64,000 bases of DNA from Steroidobacteraceae bacterium (GTDB lineage: Bacteria; Pseudomonadota; Gammaproteobacteria; Steroidobacterales; Steroidobacteraceae). The stretch is taken from positions 21,061 through 85,060 of the forward strand of contig JBGAGK010000014.1 of NCBI GenBank assembly GCA_044226785.1. The letters are read 5' to 3'. Numbering within the stretch: position 1 is the first letter of the stretch; each line of letters starts with the position of its first letter. The notes beneath the pieces were generated by a model. It made no database searches and was not told the origin of the DNA. It saw only the letters and a program-made list of their open reading frames with translations. Position numbers and translations under genes: made by a program. Below, in pieces: positions 29,141-37,917 of the stretch.

Positions 29141-30379
29141 ATGAATTGGCGACGAACTGCCTTGTTGGGATCCGCGTTGCTGCTCTGTGCCTCCATGGGC
29201 GCTTCCGCGGCGCAGATCGTGCGGGTCAAGGGCAAGGTCGGCGAGCCAGCCCGGCTCGTTGCGGTGGACAACCTGGTGTTCGTCTCCGGCGCTGTCGGGT
29301 CAAAGGGTGATGCCGTCGCGCAGGTCGAAGAGGTGATCCGCAAGACCAACGAAGCGCTGGCGACCCGCGGCCTGGACATCGGCGACATGCTGCAACACAC
29401 GATCTACATCAAGGACGGCGTGTCCCCCATGACCGTGCTGCAGCACTTCCATGGTACCGCGACCCGCCTTGCTCCGAGTCTCAAGCAGTTCAAGAGCGTC
29501 GGCACCATCGTGCGCCTGCCGGAATTTCCGGACAAGGACAGCCTGGTGATGCTGGACATCGTGGCGGGCGCGCCCAAGGCGAAGGGCGATCGCGCCGAGT
29601 TCAAGCGGGTGCCATTCACCTACGGCCCCCCGGAGATCTCCGAATCCCTCGAGATCAAACCCTTCGTGTTCACGGCGGGCACCGAGGCCATGGATTTTCA
29701 GCACGGGACGCTCAGGCCCACCATCGAAGAGCAGGTCGATGACATCGTCGGCAAGCTGGAGAGCGGCCTGAAGCGGGCGGGCCTCGGAGTCGGTGACATG
29801 ATCTCCCACAACCTGTACGTCAGGAAGGGGACCGACCCGGACAAGGTGATCGAACTGTTCCATGCGGCCACCCACAAGCTGGCGCCGCAGTTGAAGCAGG
29901 ACCCCAGCGTCGGCACGCTGGTCATCGTCGACGGCATGGCTGCTGACGGCTTTCTGCTGGAAATGGACGCCGTTGCCGTGCCGGGCGCGACCCCGGTGAA
30001 GCGTGTTCCGTACGCGCATCCCGGCGAGATCGCCCGCAGTGTCGCGGTGGGCGATCTGGTGCTGCTGTCCGGCATGGAGGCCATGGATGGCGACAAGCCT
30101 TTCCCCGCCGACGGCGAAGCCCAGGCGGTGATTGCCGCGAGGAAGATCAACGACACCCTGCAGGCTTCGGGCCTCAACATCGGCAGTATGGTCAAGTACA
30201 AGATCTACATAAAGAAAGGCCAGGACATCGCCCGGGTGCGCCGCAGCTTCCTCGATGAAGCCGCGCGCCTCTCACCGTCGCTGAAGAACAACCCCGCTGC
30301 CGAGACTCTGGCCATCGTCGAAGGTCTCGCGGACCCTCGACTGCAGGTCGAAGTGAGCGCCATCGCGGCGCGCAAGTAG
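29141..30379 (+). CDS. Exported protein made of three tandem RidA/YjgF/YER057c-like domains
   Basis: Signal peptide MNWRRTALLGSALLLCASMGASAA. Three modules of about 130 aa each share the pattern ...V(F/L)xSG...(E/D)xQ...(I/V)...(L/N)...L...G(L)x(I/V)GDM(L/I/V)...xIY(I/V)(K/R)(D/K)G..., namely DIGDMLQHTIYIKDG, GVGDMISHNLYVRKG and NIGSMVKYKIYIKKG. GGAGGA lies upstream of the ATG. Confidence 0.75.
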   Translation: MNWRRTALLGSALLLCASMGASAAQIVRVKGKVGEPARLVAVDNLVFVSGAVGSKGDAVAQVEEVIRKTNEALATRGLDIGDMLQHTIYIKDGVSPMTVLQHFHGTATRLAPSLKQFKSVGTIVRLPEFPDKDSLVMLDIVAGAPKAKGDRAEFKRVPFTYGPPEISESLEIKPFVFTAGTEAMDFQHGTLRPTIEEQVDDIVGKLESGLKRAGLGVGDMISHNLYVRKGTDPDKVIELFHAATHKLAPQLKQDPSVGTLVIVDGMAADGFLLEMDAVAVPGATPVKRVPYAHPGEIARSVAVGDLVLLSGMEAMDGDKPFPADGEAQAVIAARKINDTLQASGLNIGSMVKYKIYIKKGQDIARVRRSFLDEAARLSPSLKNNPAAETLAIVEGLADPRLQVEVSAIAARK

Positions 30380-30398
30380 CGCCGCCCGGCCGGGGCCG

Positions 30399-31373
30399 CT
30401 ACCGGTCGTTGCCCTTCAGCCACTCCTGCTGGCGCTTCTCGATGGCGCTGTCCCGCCTGATGGCCGCATCATCGACCGCGCGTCGGGTCCGCTTGCCGCC
30501 CGTGACCGCCGGAGTGCGTGAGCCCAGCGTATCCAGGGCTTCCCTGATCATCGCATCGGTGCTCAGGCGATAGAGCTTCGCGCCGTATTCGGCCGTCGAA
30601 TAACGTGGCGCGCCGAAATATCCCTTCCAGTCGGCCTGTCTGGCCACATCGATCATGCCGTGGTCGCCCATGGCCGGAAATGCCGTCGCATTCATGTAAG
30701 CGGGGTCCACCAGCTCAGGCTTCAGGAACAGCATCAGGCTCGTCTCGTCGATGCCGCCATGACCCGAAAACGCATCCTCCTTGCGCGCCTGGTCGCTCAG
30801 GGAATTGCGGGGATTGTCAGGTGAGCCGTAGGCTGAAAGTCCGCCCAGCAGTCGCATGTGGCCGTGCCAGGTGGAAGCGAAGTAGTCGCCGGCCTGCTCG
30901 AGCACCCGGGTGTGATTGGGTGCTCCGTGGCTGTGGATGAGGAAGATCCACTTGAATCCCGCTTCACCCAGTTCGTCGGCGAGGTCCATGTACACCGCGC
31001 GCAACGTGTTCAGCCGCACCACATAAGTGCCCGGGAAAGGATACTTCGCGGCCAGCTCGTTGGCTCCGCCCGAGCCGAGCGGGATGGCCGGAAATACCAG
31101 CACGCGCCAGCCCTTCGCCACCAGCGCGTCCGCGACGTCCTGGGTCTGCCGTTCGCTGACATACCCGTCGGTGTAGGCCGGCAGGAACGGGCCGTGTTCC
31201 TCCATGATCCCGCCGGGAATGATGACCACGGTTTTCGCCTTGTCGACGGCCGCCAGTTGCGTGACGTTCAGCGAACCCATGGGCTGGACCTGCGCATGGC
31301 CGGGCAACGCCGCAAGCAGCATCGCGGCCACGGTGGCCGGAAGTCCGGCCCGGATCTGCCATCGCGCGCTCAT
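30399..31373 (-). CDS. Exported creatininase (creatinine amidohydrolase) family protein
   Basis: Signal peptide MSARWQIRAGLPATVAAMLLAALPGHAQ. Motifs IIPGGIMEEHGPFLP and FLIHSHGAPNH are typical of the family's metal ligands. Confidence 0.75.
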   Translation of the reverse strand: MSARWQIRAGLPATVAAMLLAALPGHAQVQPMGSLNVTQLAAVDKAKTVVIIPGGIMEEHGPFLPAYTDGYVSERQTQDVADALVAKGWRVLVFPAIPLGSGGANELAAKYPFPGTYVVRLNTLRAVYMDLADELGEAGFKWIFLIHSHGAPNHTRVLEQAGDYFASTWHGHMRLLGGLSAYGSPDNPRNSLSDQARKEDAFSGHGGIDETSLMLFLKPELVDPAYMNATAFPAMGDHGMIDVARQADWKGYFGAPRYSTAEYGAKLYRLSTDAMIREALDTLGSRTPAVTGGKRTRRAVDDAAIRRDSAIEKRQQEWLKGNDR

Positions 31374-32209
31374 TTCGGGCTCCCCGATGACTTGCCACTG
31401 TTCGGGAGCATGGCCGGTGCCGGCGCCACGATGGCCCTGTCCGTCACCGGATTCGGATAGTGGAACGGTGGCACGTAGTAGTTGGGATACATGCCCTTGG
31501 CGACTTCAGGCGGCGACAGCTCGTCGGGTGGCTCCTTCGGGTTGGGCGTGTTGGCTTTCCAGCCGATCTCAGGCACACCCTGCTTTGCCCATCCCTTGTC
31601 GAATTCCGTGAAGTAGGTGGGATAGAACTTCATGAACTTGAACTTCCAGACGCCGTCCTCCTTGACGTACTCGTTTTCGTACACGCCCTCGTTCCAGATG
31701 GCGAGCCGGCCGAACCAGGCGACCTGCGCCAGCGTTCGCCAGCGTCCCTTCGCGGTTTTCCCGTCGGGGTCCACGTCGACGACACCCTGGAACTGAGGGT
31801 GATTGAACAGCACGCCCGCCGGCAGTCCGTCCTGGCCCGCGCCACGTCCGATTCCTGAACCGAATCTCTGCGCGAACAGCTGATCCACGCCCTTCCGGCC
31901 CTTGAATATTCCGGCCCCACCCATCTGCACGGCGCCGTCCTGCGCGAACAGGTCAACCACCTGGGACCACAGGCCCTTGTCGATGTAGTAGCCGTAGGTG
32001 CGGGTGAGTTTCTCGATCTGCTTCACATCATCCAGCCGCTGCAGTTGCGCGCGCGCCTCGTCGAGTTGCTTGCTCAACGTGTCGACGCGGGCGGCGAGCG
32101 CGGTGTCATGGCTTGAACAACCGGCCAGTCCGGTCGCGATGGAGAAGAACAGTGCCAGGAGTGAACAAGGTAATGCTCCTGCGCGCACTGACAATGGCTG
32201 CTGTTTCAT
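31370..32209 (-). CDS. SnoaL/NTF2-like lipoprotein
   Basis: Lipobox LAGC in MKQQPLSVRAGALPCSLLALFFSIATGLAGCSS, then a coiled segment, then an NTF2-like core (IEKLTRTYGYYIDKGLWSQVVDLFAQDG). ATGA overlap with the creatininase-family gene. Confidence 0.6.
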   Translation of the reverse strand: MKQQPLSVRAGALPCSLLALFFSIATGLAGCSSHDTALAARVDTLSKQLDEARAQLQRLDDVKQIEKLTRTYGYYIDKGLWSQVVDLFAQDGAVQMGGAGIFKGRKGVDQLFAQRFGSGIGRGAGQDGLPAGVLFNHPQFQGVVDVDPDGKTAKGRWRTLAQVAWFGRLAIWNEGVYENEYVKEDGVWKFKFMKFYPTYFTEFDKGWAKQGVPEIGWKANTPNPKEPPDELSPPEVAKGMYPNYYVPPFHYPNPVTDRAIVAPAPAMLPNSGKSSGSPK

Positions 32210-32333
32210 GAGGGTTCCCCGTTTGCCTGTTCGCCGTGCGAAATTGCGTCCGCAAGAATAGCGCAGAGTGGCAATGCTCGAAATTGCCAAAGCGCTTCAA
32301 TAGACTTTGTCATCCCTCATCACCGGAGAACAC

Positions 32334-33530
32334 ATGAAGCGAATTGCACTTGGTCTGCTGGTGATCCTGCTCAATGCCTGCACCAGCACGCCCACGGACT
32401 CCCGTGCAGCGGGGGATTCGCCGGCGGTCATTCCGAACCTCGCCGGGAAGATCCTCACCGTGCGGGGACCGATCGATCCGGCGCTTGCGGGACCGACGCT
32501 CATGCATGAGCACATCTTCATCCACTTCAGGACACCGGCCACGGCGGCCGGCGAGTTCGACCAGATGACTCCGCAGCAGAGGATCCTTTCGCAAGAAGCG
32601 CTGGCCAGGGCACCGAAGGACTGGGTGGATGGCGGTCATGATCCGGACTGGGCCAAGGGCTTTGCGCCGGGCTGGAACACGCTGGAGGATTACGACACGC
32701 AGCTGGCGGAGATCATGGAATTCAGGAAGGCCGGCGGCGGCACCATCGTCGATGTGTCCAATTTCGGGCTGAGCCGCGATCCTGCGCGCCTGAAGCGCAT
32801 TTCCGAGGCCTCGGGGCTCAATGTGGTGATGGGCGCGGGCTATTACCAGAAGATGTTCCATCCGCGTGACATGAGCGTGCGCACGGTGGAGGAACTGACG
32901 GACATCATCGTGCACGACATCACCGTGGGCGCCCAGGGCACCCACATCCGCTCAGGCATCATCGGTGAGATCGGCATAGAAGGTCGGCCGCTGACCGAGA
33001 ACGAGATCAAGAGCACCCGCGCCAGCGCGCGCGCCAGCGTCCTGACCGGCGCGCCCATGAGCTTTCACATGGGCGGTGGCACGCCGGAGGAAAAGCAGCG
33101 CATCATGGACATCGTCGAGGCCGAAGGTGTCGACCTGAATCATGTCGTGATGGGTCACAACGGCACGGGCGATGTGGAGCAGATGAAGCGCATCACCGGT
33201 CGCGGCGCCTACATCGAGTTCGATTTCATGGGCTTCGGGCCACAGGCCGTCACGCCGGAGGCCACGGCGAAGCTGGCGCAGAGCATCGCCACACTCGTCA
33301 ACGCGGGACTGACCGACCGCATCCTGGTCGGGCATGACGTCTGCACGCAGATGCAGCTGAAGAAAAACGGTGGCGGTGGATTCGGCTACATTTCCAGCCA
33401 GCTGATCCCGGCGCTGAGGGTCAAGGGAGTGAGCGATGAGGCCATCAACAGGATCATGGTGGAGAATCCTCGGCGGGTCCTGACGTTCCTCGCACCGCGC
33501 CCGTTGCCGAAAGTCGCTCGCAGCAGCTGA
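32334..33530 (+). CDS. Phosphotriesterase-family (PTE/PHP-like amidohydrolase) lipoprotein
   Basis: Lipobox in MKRIALGLLVILLNACTS. Metal-binding HxH in TLMHEHIFIH. GGAGA lies upstream of the ATG. Confidence 0.75.
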   Translation: MKRIALGLLVILLNACTSTPTDSRAAGDSPAVIPNLAGKILTVRGPIDPALAGPTLMHEHIFIHFRTPATAAGEFDQMTPQQRILSQEALARAPKDWVDGGHDPDWAKGFAPGWNTLEDYDTQLAEIMEFRKAGGGTIVDVSNFGLSRDPARLKRISEASGLNVVMGAGYYQKMFHPRDMSVRTVEELTDIIVHDITVGAQGTHIRSGIIGEIGIEGRPLTENEIKSTRASARASVLTGAPMSFHMGGGTPEEKQRIMDIVEAEGVDLNHVVMGHNGTGDVEQMKRITGRGAYIEFDFMGFGPQAVTPEATAKLAQSIATLVNAGLTDRILVGHDVCTQMQLKKNGGGGFGYISSQLIPALRVKGVSDEAINRIMVENPRRVLTFLAPRPLPKVARSS

Positions 33531-33602
33531 GACCCGCCGCAGCCGCGCGCGGCAGCTGAGGCTGGCGCCTGGGGCCGGCGTCGTACGGGCGCGGCGGGCG
33601 CC

Positions 33603-34376
33603 TTACACCGGCGCCGCGTCCTTCGGATACACCGTGGTCGAGACGATCTCGATGAAGGCACCGGCCTTGTTGTTCCGGATCCGGCCATCCTTGGTAAGCC
33701 CCAGGAATTTCCCCGTCGAACGCAGATCGCGCATGTTGAAGTAGAACACCGAGGCCACGGGAATCAGGAACTCGCGGAAGGTGAAGAGGTACTGCTGTTC
33801 ATCGAACTTGTAGTAGCTGGCAAGGTCCACGTCGCCGTGGCCGCGTTGTTCGCCGATCAGGCATTGCCAGCAATAGCGTTCGCTGCTGAGGTAGGTGTGT
33901 TCGTACAGGTGACGGGGACTGTAACGCTGCCAGGTGCGCAGGCCGATCAGTTCGCGCGTGGGCTCCGGGCGCATCCCGGTCGGTGAACCTCCTTCGATGG
34001 CGCCGACTTCGAATTGCTGGCTGACCTGAGGCTGGCCTTCCACACGCTCTGGCGCAACCGCAGACAGGATGGACAGTGCCCGACAGCTCGAGGTATTCAG
34101 GACCAGGGTCAGCGCCTCGCGCGGGCGGCTGGCGAAGGTCATGTCGACGAAAAACGTGGATGGCGCTACTTCGATGACCTCGCACCAGTCGTTTCCCCGC
34201 CCGGTGCCAATCGCCCACTCCACCCTGTCCAGAGCCTTGAAATGCAGCTGCAGGGCGTGGGTCCCGAAAGCGATCGAAAGAGATTTGCCGACCAGCGCAT
34301 GACTCAACGGCAACCGGTTGGTGTCGATGCCGGCGGCGAAGTCTTCGTAGTTCTTCCAGTCGGAGGGCTTGGACAT
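33603..34376 (-). CDS. MoaF-like two-domain (calycin-like) protein
   Basis: 257 aa, no signal peptide. The pattern LVGKSLSIAFG...LQLHFKALDRVEW...FFVDMTF resembles MoaF N-terminal domains as I recall them. Family assignment is tentative. Confidence 0.45.
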   Translation of the reverse strand: MSKPSDWKNYEDFAAGIDTNRLPLSHALVGKSLSIAFGTHALQLHFKALDRVEWAIGTGRGNDWCEVIEVAPSTFFVDMTFASRPREALTLVLNTSSCRALSILSAVAPERVEGQPQVSQQFEVGAIEGGSPTGMRPEPTRELIGLRTWQRYSPRHLYEHTYLSSERYCWQCLIGEQRGHGDVDLASYYKFDEQQYLFTFREFLIPVASVFYFNMRDLRSTGKFLGLTKDGRIRNNKAGAFIEIVSTTVYPKDAAPV

Positions 34377-34399
34377 GATTTCTCCAGATCAGGGCCGTG

Positions 34400-35188
34400 T
34401 CAGTCGGCGAATGCAAGGGTCGGCAGGTCGACGGCGCCCGCGCCGCCGTCGACAGAGATGACGGCGCCGCAGATCATGGAGGCCTCCGACGAGGCCAGGA
34501 AGCAGGCCGCGTTGGCCACCTCGGATGGTTCGGCCGGACGACGCAACGGAACATGTTTCGTGACCAGTGCGTAGGCTTCGTCGATGCTGCCCAGGAGATG
34601 CTTCTCGCGCACCACTTCCATCTGCTCATCGGCCATCGCGGTGCGGACCCAGCCCGGACACAGGGCATTGATGCGTACGCCCTTCGGGCCGTAGTCGCGG
34701 GCGATGGAGCGGGTGAGGCCGATGAGCGCATGCTTGGATGTCACGTATCCCACCACTTCCGGGCCGGCAAACAGTCCGGCAATCGAGGAGATGATCACCA
34801 CGTTGCCGCGAGTCTGGATGAGCGATGGCAGCGATTCGCGCACGCAGACGAATGCAGTGTTGAGGTTCGAGTGCAGCGCTTCGGCCCAGCTTGCATCGTC
34901 AGTGTCCAGCGCCGAGCCCAGACCATGGCCACCCGCGTTTGCCACGAGGATGTCCAGTTGCCCGTGGCGGGCTTCAACCTGCCCGATGGCGGCCGCGACG
35001 TGATTCCGGTTTGCGGCGTCGCCCTCGACCACCAGACCGCCGATGGGTCCGGCCACTGCCTCGAGCTTGTCACGCCGCCGGCCCATCAGCGCCACCCGTC
35101 CGCCATCCGCGGCGATACGCTGCGCGATTGCGGCACCGATGCCGGTGCCGCCGCCCGTGATCAATGCTGTCTTGCCTTCGAAACGCAT
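34400..35188 (-). CDS. SDR family oxidoreductase
   Basis: TGGGTGIGAAIA cofactor motif, NAG, and the catalytic YVTSKHAL (YxxxK). Start placed at MRFEGK, 6 nt after GAGGAG. The long N-terminal extension in the track ORF was rejected. Confidence 0.9.
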   Translation of the reverse strand: MRFEGKTALITGGGTGIGAAIAQRIAADGGRVALMGRRRDKLEAVAGPIGGLVVEGDAANRNHVAAAIGQVEARHGQLDILVANAGGHGLGSALDTDDASWAEALHSNLNTAFVCVRESLPSLIQTRGNVVIISSIAGLFAGPEVVGYVTSKHALIGLTRSIARDYGPKGVRINALCPGWVRTAMADEQMEVVREKHLLGSIDEAYALVTKHVPLRRPAEPSEVANAACFLASSEASMICGAVISVDGGAGAVDLPTLAFAD

Positions 35189-35289
35189 CGTCATCTCCTC
35201 GTTCATCCCAAGACTAGTGATGCCGGTTGCAGCCGACCAAATCAATGAGGAATAAAAGAGCAACCGGCGACGAACCCCGCCGTGGTTCC

Positions 35290-36270
35290 TCAGGATGCGC
35301 GCGGGCCCTGCATCTGGCGAAGTTCCGAGGGCGAGACGCCGTAGCGCTCGCGGAACACGCGGGCGAAATGGGTGGTGCTGTTGAAGCCCCACTCGAATGC
35401 GATCACCGACACGGTTTTGGCAGCCTGCGCACGATCGACGAGCGAGCGATGGCAGGACTCCAGGCGGCGCCGCAGAATGTACCTGGACAGCGCCTCTTCC
35501 TCGTTCTCGAACATCTTGTGAACGTAGCGCGGAGAGACACGGAATCGGCTGGCAATCATGGGGGGGGACAGATCCGGGTCCGCCAGATGCTGGTCGACGA
35601 AATGCCGGATGCGCAGCTTCCACAGCGTCTGTACGGTGGATTCGCCCGCCGGCTGCCTCGATGCATCCAGGAACGCGGTGGCCAGAAGGTCGCATATGGT
35701 GTCCGCCATGCGTTCAGCCGTCATCTGCTCCAGGTCGACCTGGCACTGATCCCAGAACAGATTGAGGAACCGGGAAACCAGGCTGCTTGCACCGCTGTGG
35801 CCCGGCATGTACCGGTTGATGTACAGCTCTGGAGTCGGAAGCCGGCGTTTCAGGGTCGCCTGGGGAATCCGTACGACGAGCATGTGGTTGTCGCCCCCCA
35901 GTACCAGTTCGCAGGGCAGGGTGCTGTCGCACAGGACAAAATCTCCCGGCTGCAGCATCACGTCGGTTTTCAGCTGGCGATTGAGACAGGTGCCCCGGCG
36001 TTGCAGGTGGATCAGGTACGCGGCGCCTGCCGGGAGGCCGGTGCGCTCCCGGGTGTGAACGACGCGGGTGGGCGTCGAGACCGCTTCGGCGAATCCGATG
36101 CCGGCGAACTCCACTGCCTTGAGGCTCGCCTGAAACTGGGCTGCGTTGTCCGGTTGCACCCTGAGGCTGGTGATGAGTCCCGAGGCATGCTCATTCCAGA
36201 ACTCGACGCGCCGATGCGCATCGACTGCACCCGTGGAGTAGGAAACGAATCCTTCGCTCATCCGGAACAT
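35290..36270 (-). CDS. AraC family transcriptional regulator
   Basis: C-terminal double HTH (IASRFRVSPRYVHKMF...IAFEWGFNSTTHFARVFRERYGVSPSELR). Start at MFRMSEG avoids overlap with ubiA. Confidence 0.88.
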   Translation of the reverse strand: MFRMSEGFVSYSTGAVDAHRRVEFWNEHASGLITSLRVQPDNAAQFQASLKAVEFAGIGFAEAVSTPTRVVHTRERTGLPAGAAYLIHLQRRGTCLNRQLKTDVMLQPGDFVLCDSTLPCELVLGGDNHMLVVRIPQATLKRRLPTPELYINRYMPGHSGASSLVSRFLNLFWDQCQVDLEQMTAERMADTICDLLATAFLDASRQPAGESTVQTLWKLRIRHFVDQHLADPDLSPPMIASRFRVSPRYVHKMFENEEEALSRYILRRRLESCHRSLVDRAQAAKTVSVIAFEWGFNSTTHFARVFRERYGVSPSELRQMQGPRAS

Positions 36271-36352
36271 GACCCCGGGAGAAACCCGCCTGCATGTTAC
36301 AACGAAGCTTCCCGCGGATGCGATGCCGGCATGCCCGCCGCCGGAATGCGCA

Positions 36353-37327
36353 TCACCGTGTGTTGAACAGGTAATCCAGGGCAATGCCGATGAACACCGA
36401 CATCCCGAAGTAATGGTTGTCCAGGAAGGCCCTGAAGCATTGCTGCGGGTCGCGGTTGCGGATCATGTACAGGTGCCGCACAAAGAAGCCGGCGCCCGCC
36501 AACAGCCCCAGCCTGTACCAGCCGCCCAGCTGCGCCTCCCGGCCCACCAGGTAGAGGGCGAACAGGGTCAATGCCTGCAGTGCTGCAATGATGTGGCGCT
36601 CCGATTCACCGAACAGGATGGCGGTGGAGCGGATGCCGATCTTCAGATCGTCCTCCCGGTCCACCATGGCGTAGATGGTGTCGTACACCGTGCACCACGC
36701 GATGTTGGAGATCAGCAGGAGCCAGGCCACCCGCGGCACGGTTTCCAGGTGTGCCGCGAAGGCCATGGGAATTCCCCAGCCGAAGGTGATGCCCAGATAC
36801 AGCTGCGGCAGGGAAAAGAAGCGCTTCAGAAACGGGTAGGTCAGGGTGAGCACCGCACCCACCACCGCCAGCAGCAGGGTCAGGCGGTTCAGCTGCATCA
36901 CCAGCATCAAGGCCAGCAGGGAGAGGATCGAGAACAGCACCAGGGCTTCCACGCTGGAGACCCGGCCTGCCGCCAGCGGCCGCTCGCGCGTGCGCTGCAC
37001 ATGCGGATCGAATTTGCGATCCACGTAGTCGTTGATCACGCAGCCTGCCGAGCGCATCAGCACCGTGCCGGCCACGAACACCGTGAACACCAGCGGATCG
37101 GGCTGGCCTTCGCCCGAAATCCACACGGCCCACAGGGTGGGCCACATCAGCAGCCAGATGCCGATGGGTTTGTCCAGGCGCATGAGCCGGGCGTACTCGG
37201 CCAGTGTGGCGAGGATGCGCGGCAGATGGCGGGTGGTGAAGGGGTGGAAACGTACGCGGTATACGAACCAGCGCCAGCGCTGCGCCATCAGCTGCAGCAG
37301 TTCGACGCCGGAGCGGGGCATGCGCAT
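36353..37327 (-). CDS. ubiA: 4-hydroxybenzoate polyprenyltransferase
   Basis: Motif NDYVDRKFDPHVQRTRERPLAAG, a polytopic membrane protein, directly downstream of ubiC. Start may be the internal Met at 37288. Confidence 0.9.
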   Translation of the reverse strand: MRMPRSGVELLQLMAQRWRWFVYRVRFHPFTTRHLPRILATLAEYARLMRLDKPIGIWLLMWPTLWAVWISGEGQPDPLVFTVFVAGTVLMRSAGCVINDYVDRKFDPHVQRTRERPLAAGRVSSVEALVLFSILSLLALMLVMQLNRLTLLLAVVGAVLTLTYPFLKRFFSLPQLYLGITFGWGIPMAFAAHLETVPRVAWLLLISNIAWCTVYDTIYAMVDREDDLKIGIRSTAILFGESERHIIAALQALTLFALYLVGREAQLGGWYRLGLLAGAGFFVRHLYMIRNRDPQQCFRAFLDNHYFGMSVFIGIALDYLFNTR

Positions 37328-37342
37328 GCGCCGGCCTGCCCT

Positions 37343-37900
37343 TCAGGTCTGGCCGATGACCGGGAAGAACAGCTCCTGCACCAGGAGCGGTGCCTGATGC
37401 AGGGCGAATCGGCAGCGGCGGGCCCACAAGCCCGCGGGCCTGATCCGGGCTCCGGCCATGGCCTGCGCAGCAAGCTCGTGCTCTGCGGCGAGCCATGCGT
37501 ACTCAAAGGTGCTTCGGGTGACACCGGAAATGGCCTCGAACGTATCGCCCAGCGCAGCATCGCCGAACTCGGCAAGCCAGGGGTGGGCATCCAGGGTCGA
37601 ATCGGGAATGATGGTCCGCGAATACACCCAGAGTGTTTCGCGGCAATACAATCCGACATCCCGGATCAATCCGGCGGTATCCGCGCACAGCAGGGTGCGC
37701 AACTCCGGCGTCAGCACACCGCTGGACAGGGCGACCAGGCGGTGCGAGAAATGCGAGCCGCAAGCCTCGCGCAGGCGCGTGGTGAGCTGGCCCTGTCCGA
37801 TCATGCAGGTGCGGACATTGGCGGCGATGCTCGCCTGGCCCAGGCGCTCAGCCGGCAGCCATTCGGCCCGGGCCGCAGGGGAGGTGGATTCAGTGGGCAT
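37343..37900 (-). CDS. ubiC: Chorismate pyruvate-lyase
   Basis: 185 aa. GQLTTRLRE...RDVGLYC...LWVYSRTIIP and a C-terminal ELFFP resemble UbiC. Paired with ubiA. Confidence 0.75.
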   Translation of the reverse strand: MPTESTSPAARAEWLPAERLGQASIAANVRTCMIGQGQLTTRLREACGSHFSHRLVALSSGVLTPELRTLLCADTAGLIRDVGLYCRETLWVYSRTIIPDSTLDAHPWLAEFGDAALGDTFEAISGVTRSTFEYAWLAAEHELAAQAMAGARIRPAGLWARRCRFALHQAPLLVQELFFPVIGQT

Positions 37901-37917
37901 GCGCGCAATTCTACCTT

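Noticed and set aside
35189-35695. 169-codon N-terminal extension of the SDR gene in the track ORF
   Set aside because: The SDR cofactor motif TGGGTGIG begins 9 residues after the internal MRFEGK start, which has a GAGGAG RBS. The extension is Arg/Pro-rich and runs into the AraC gene region.
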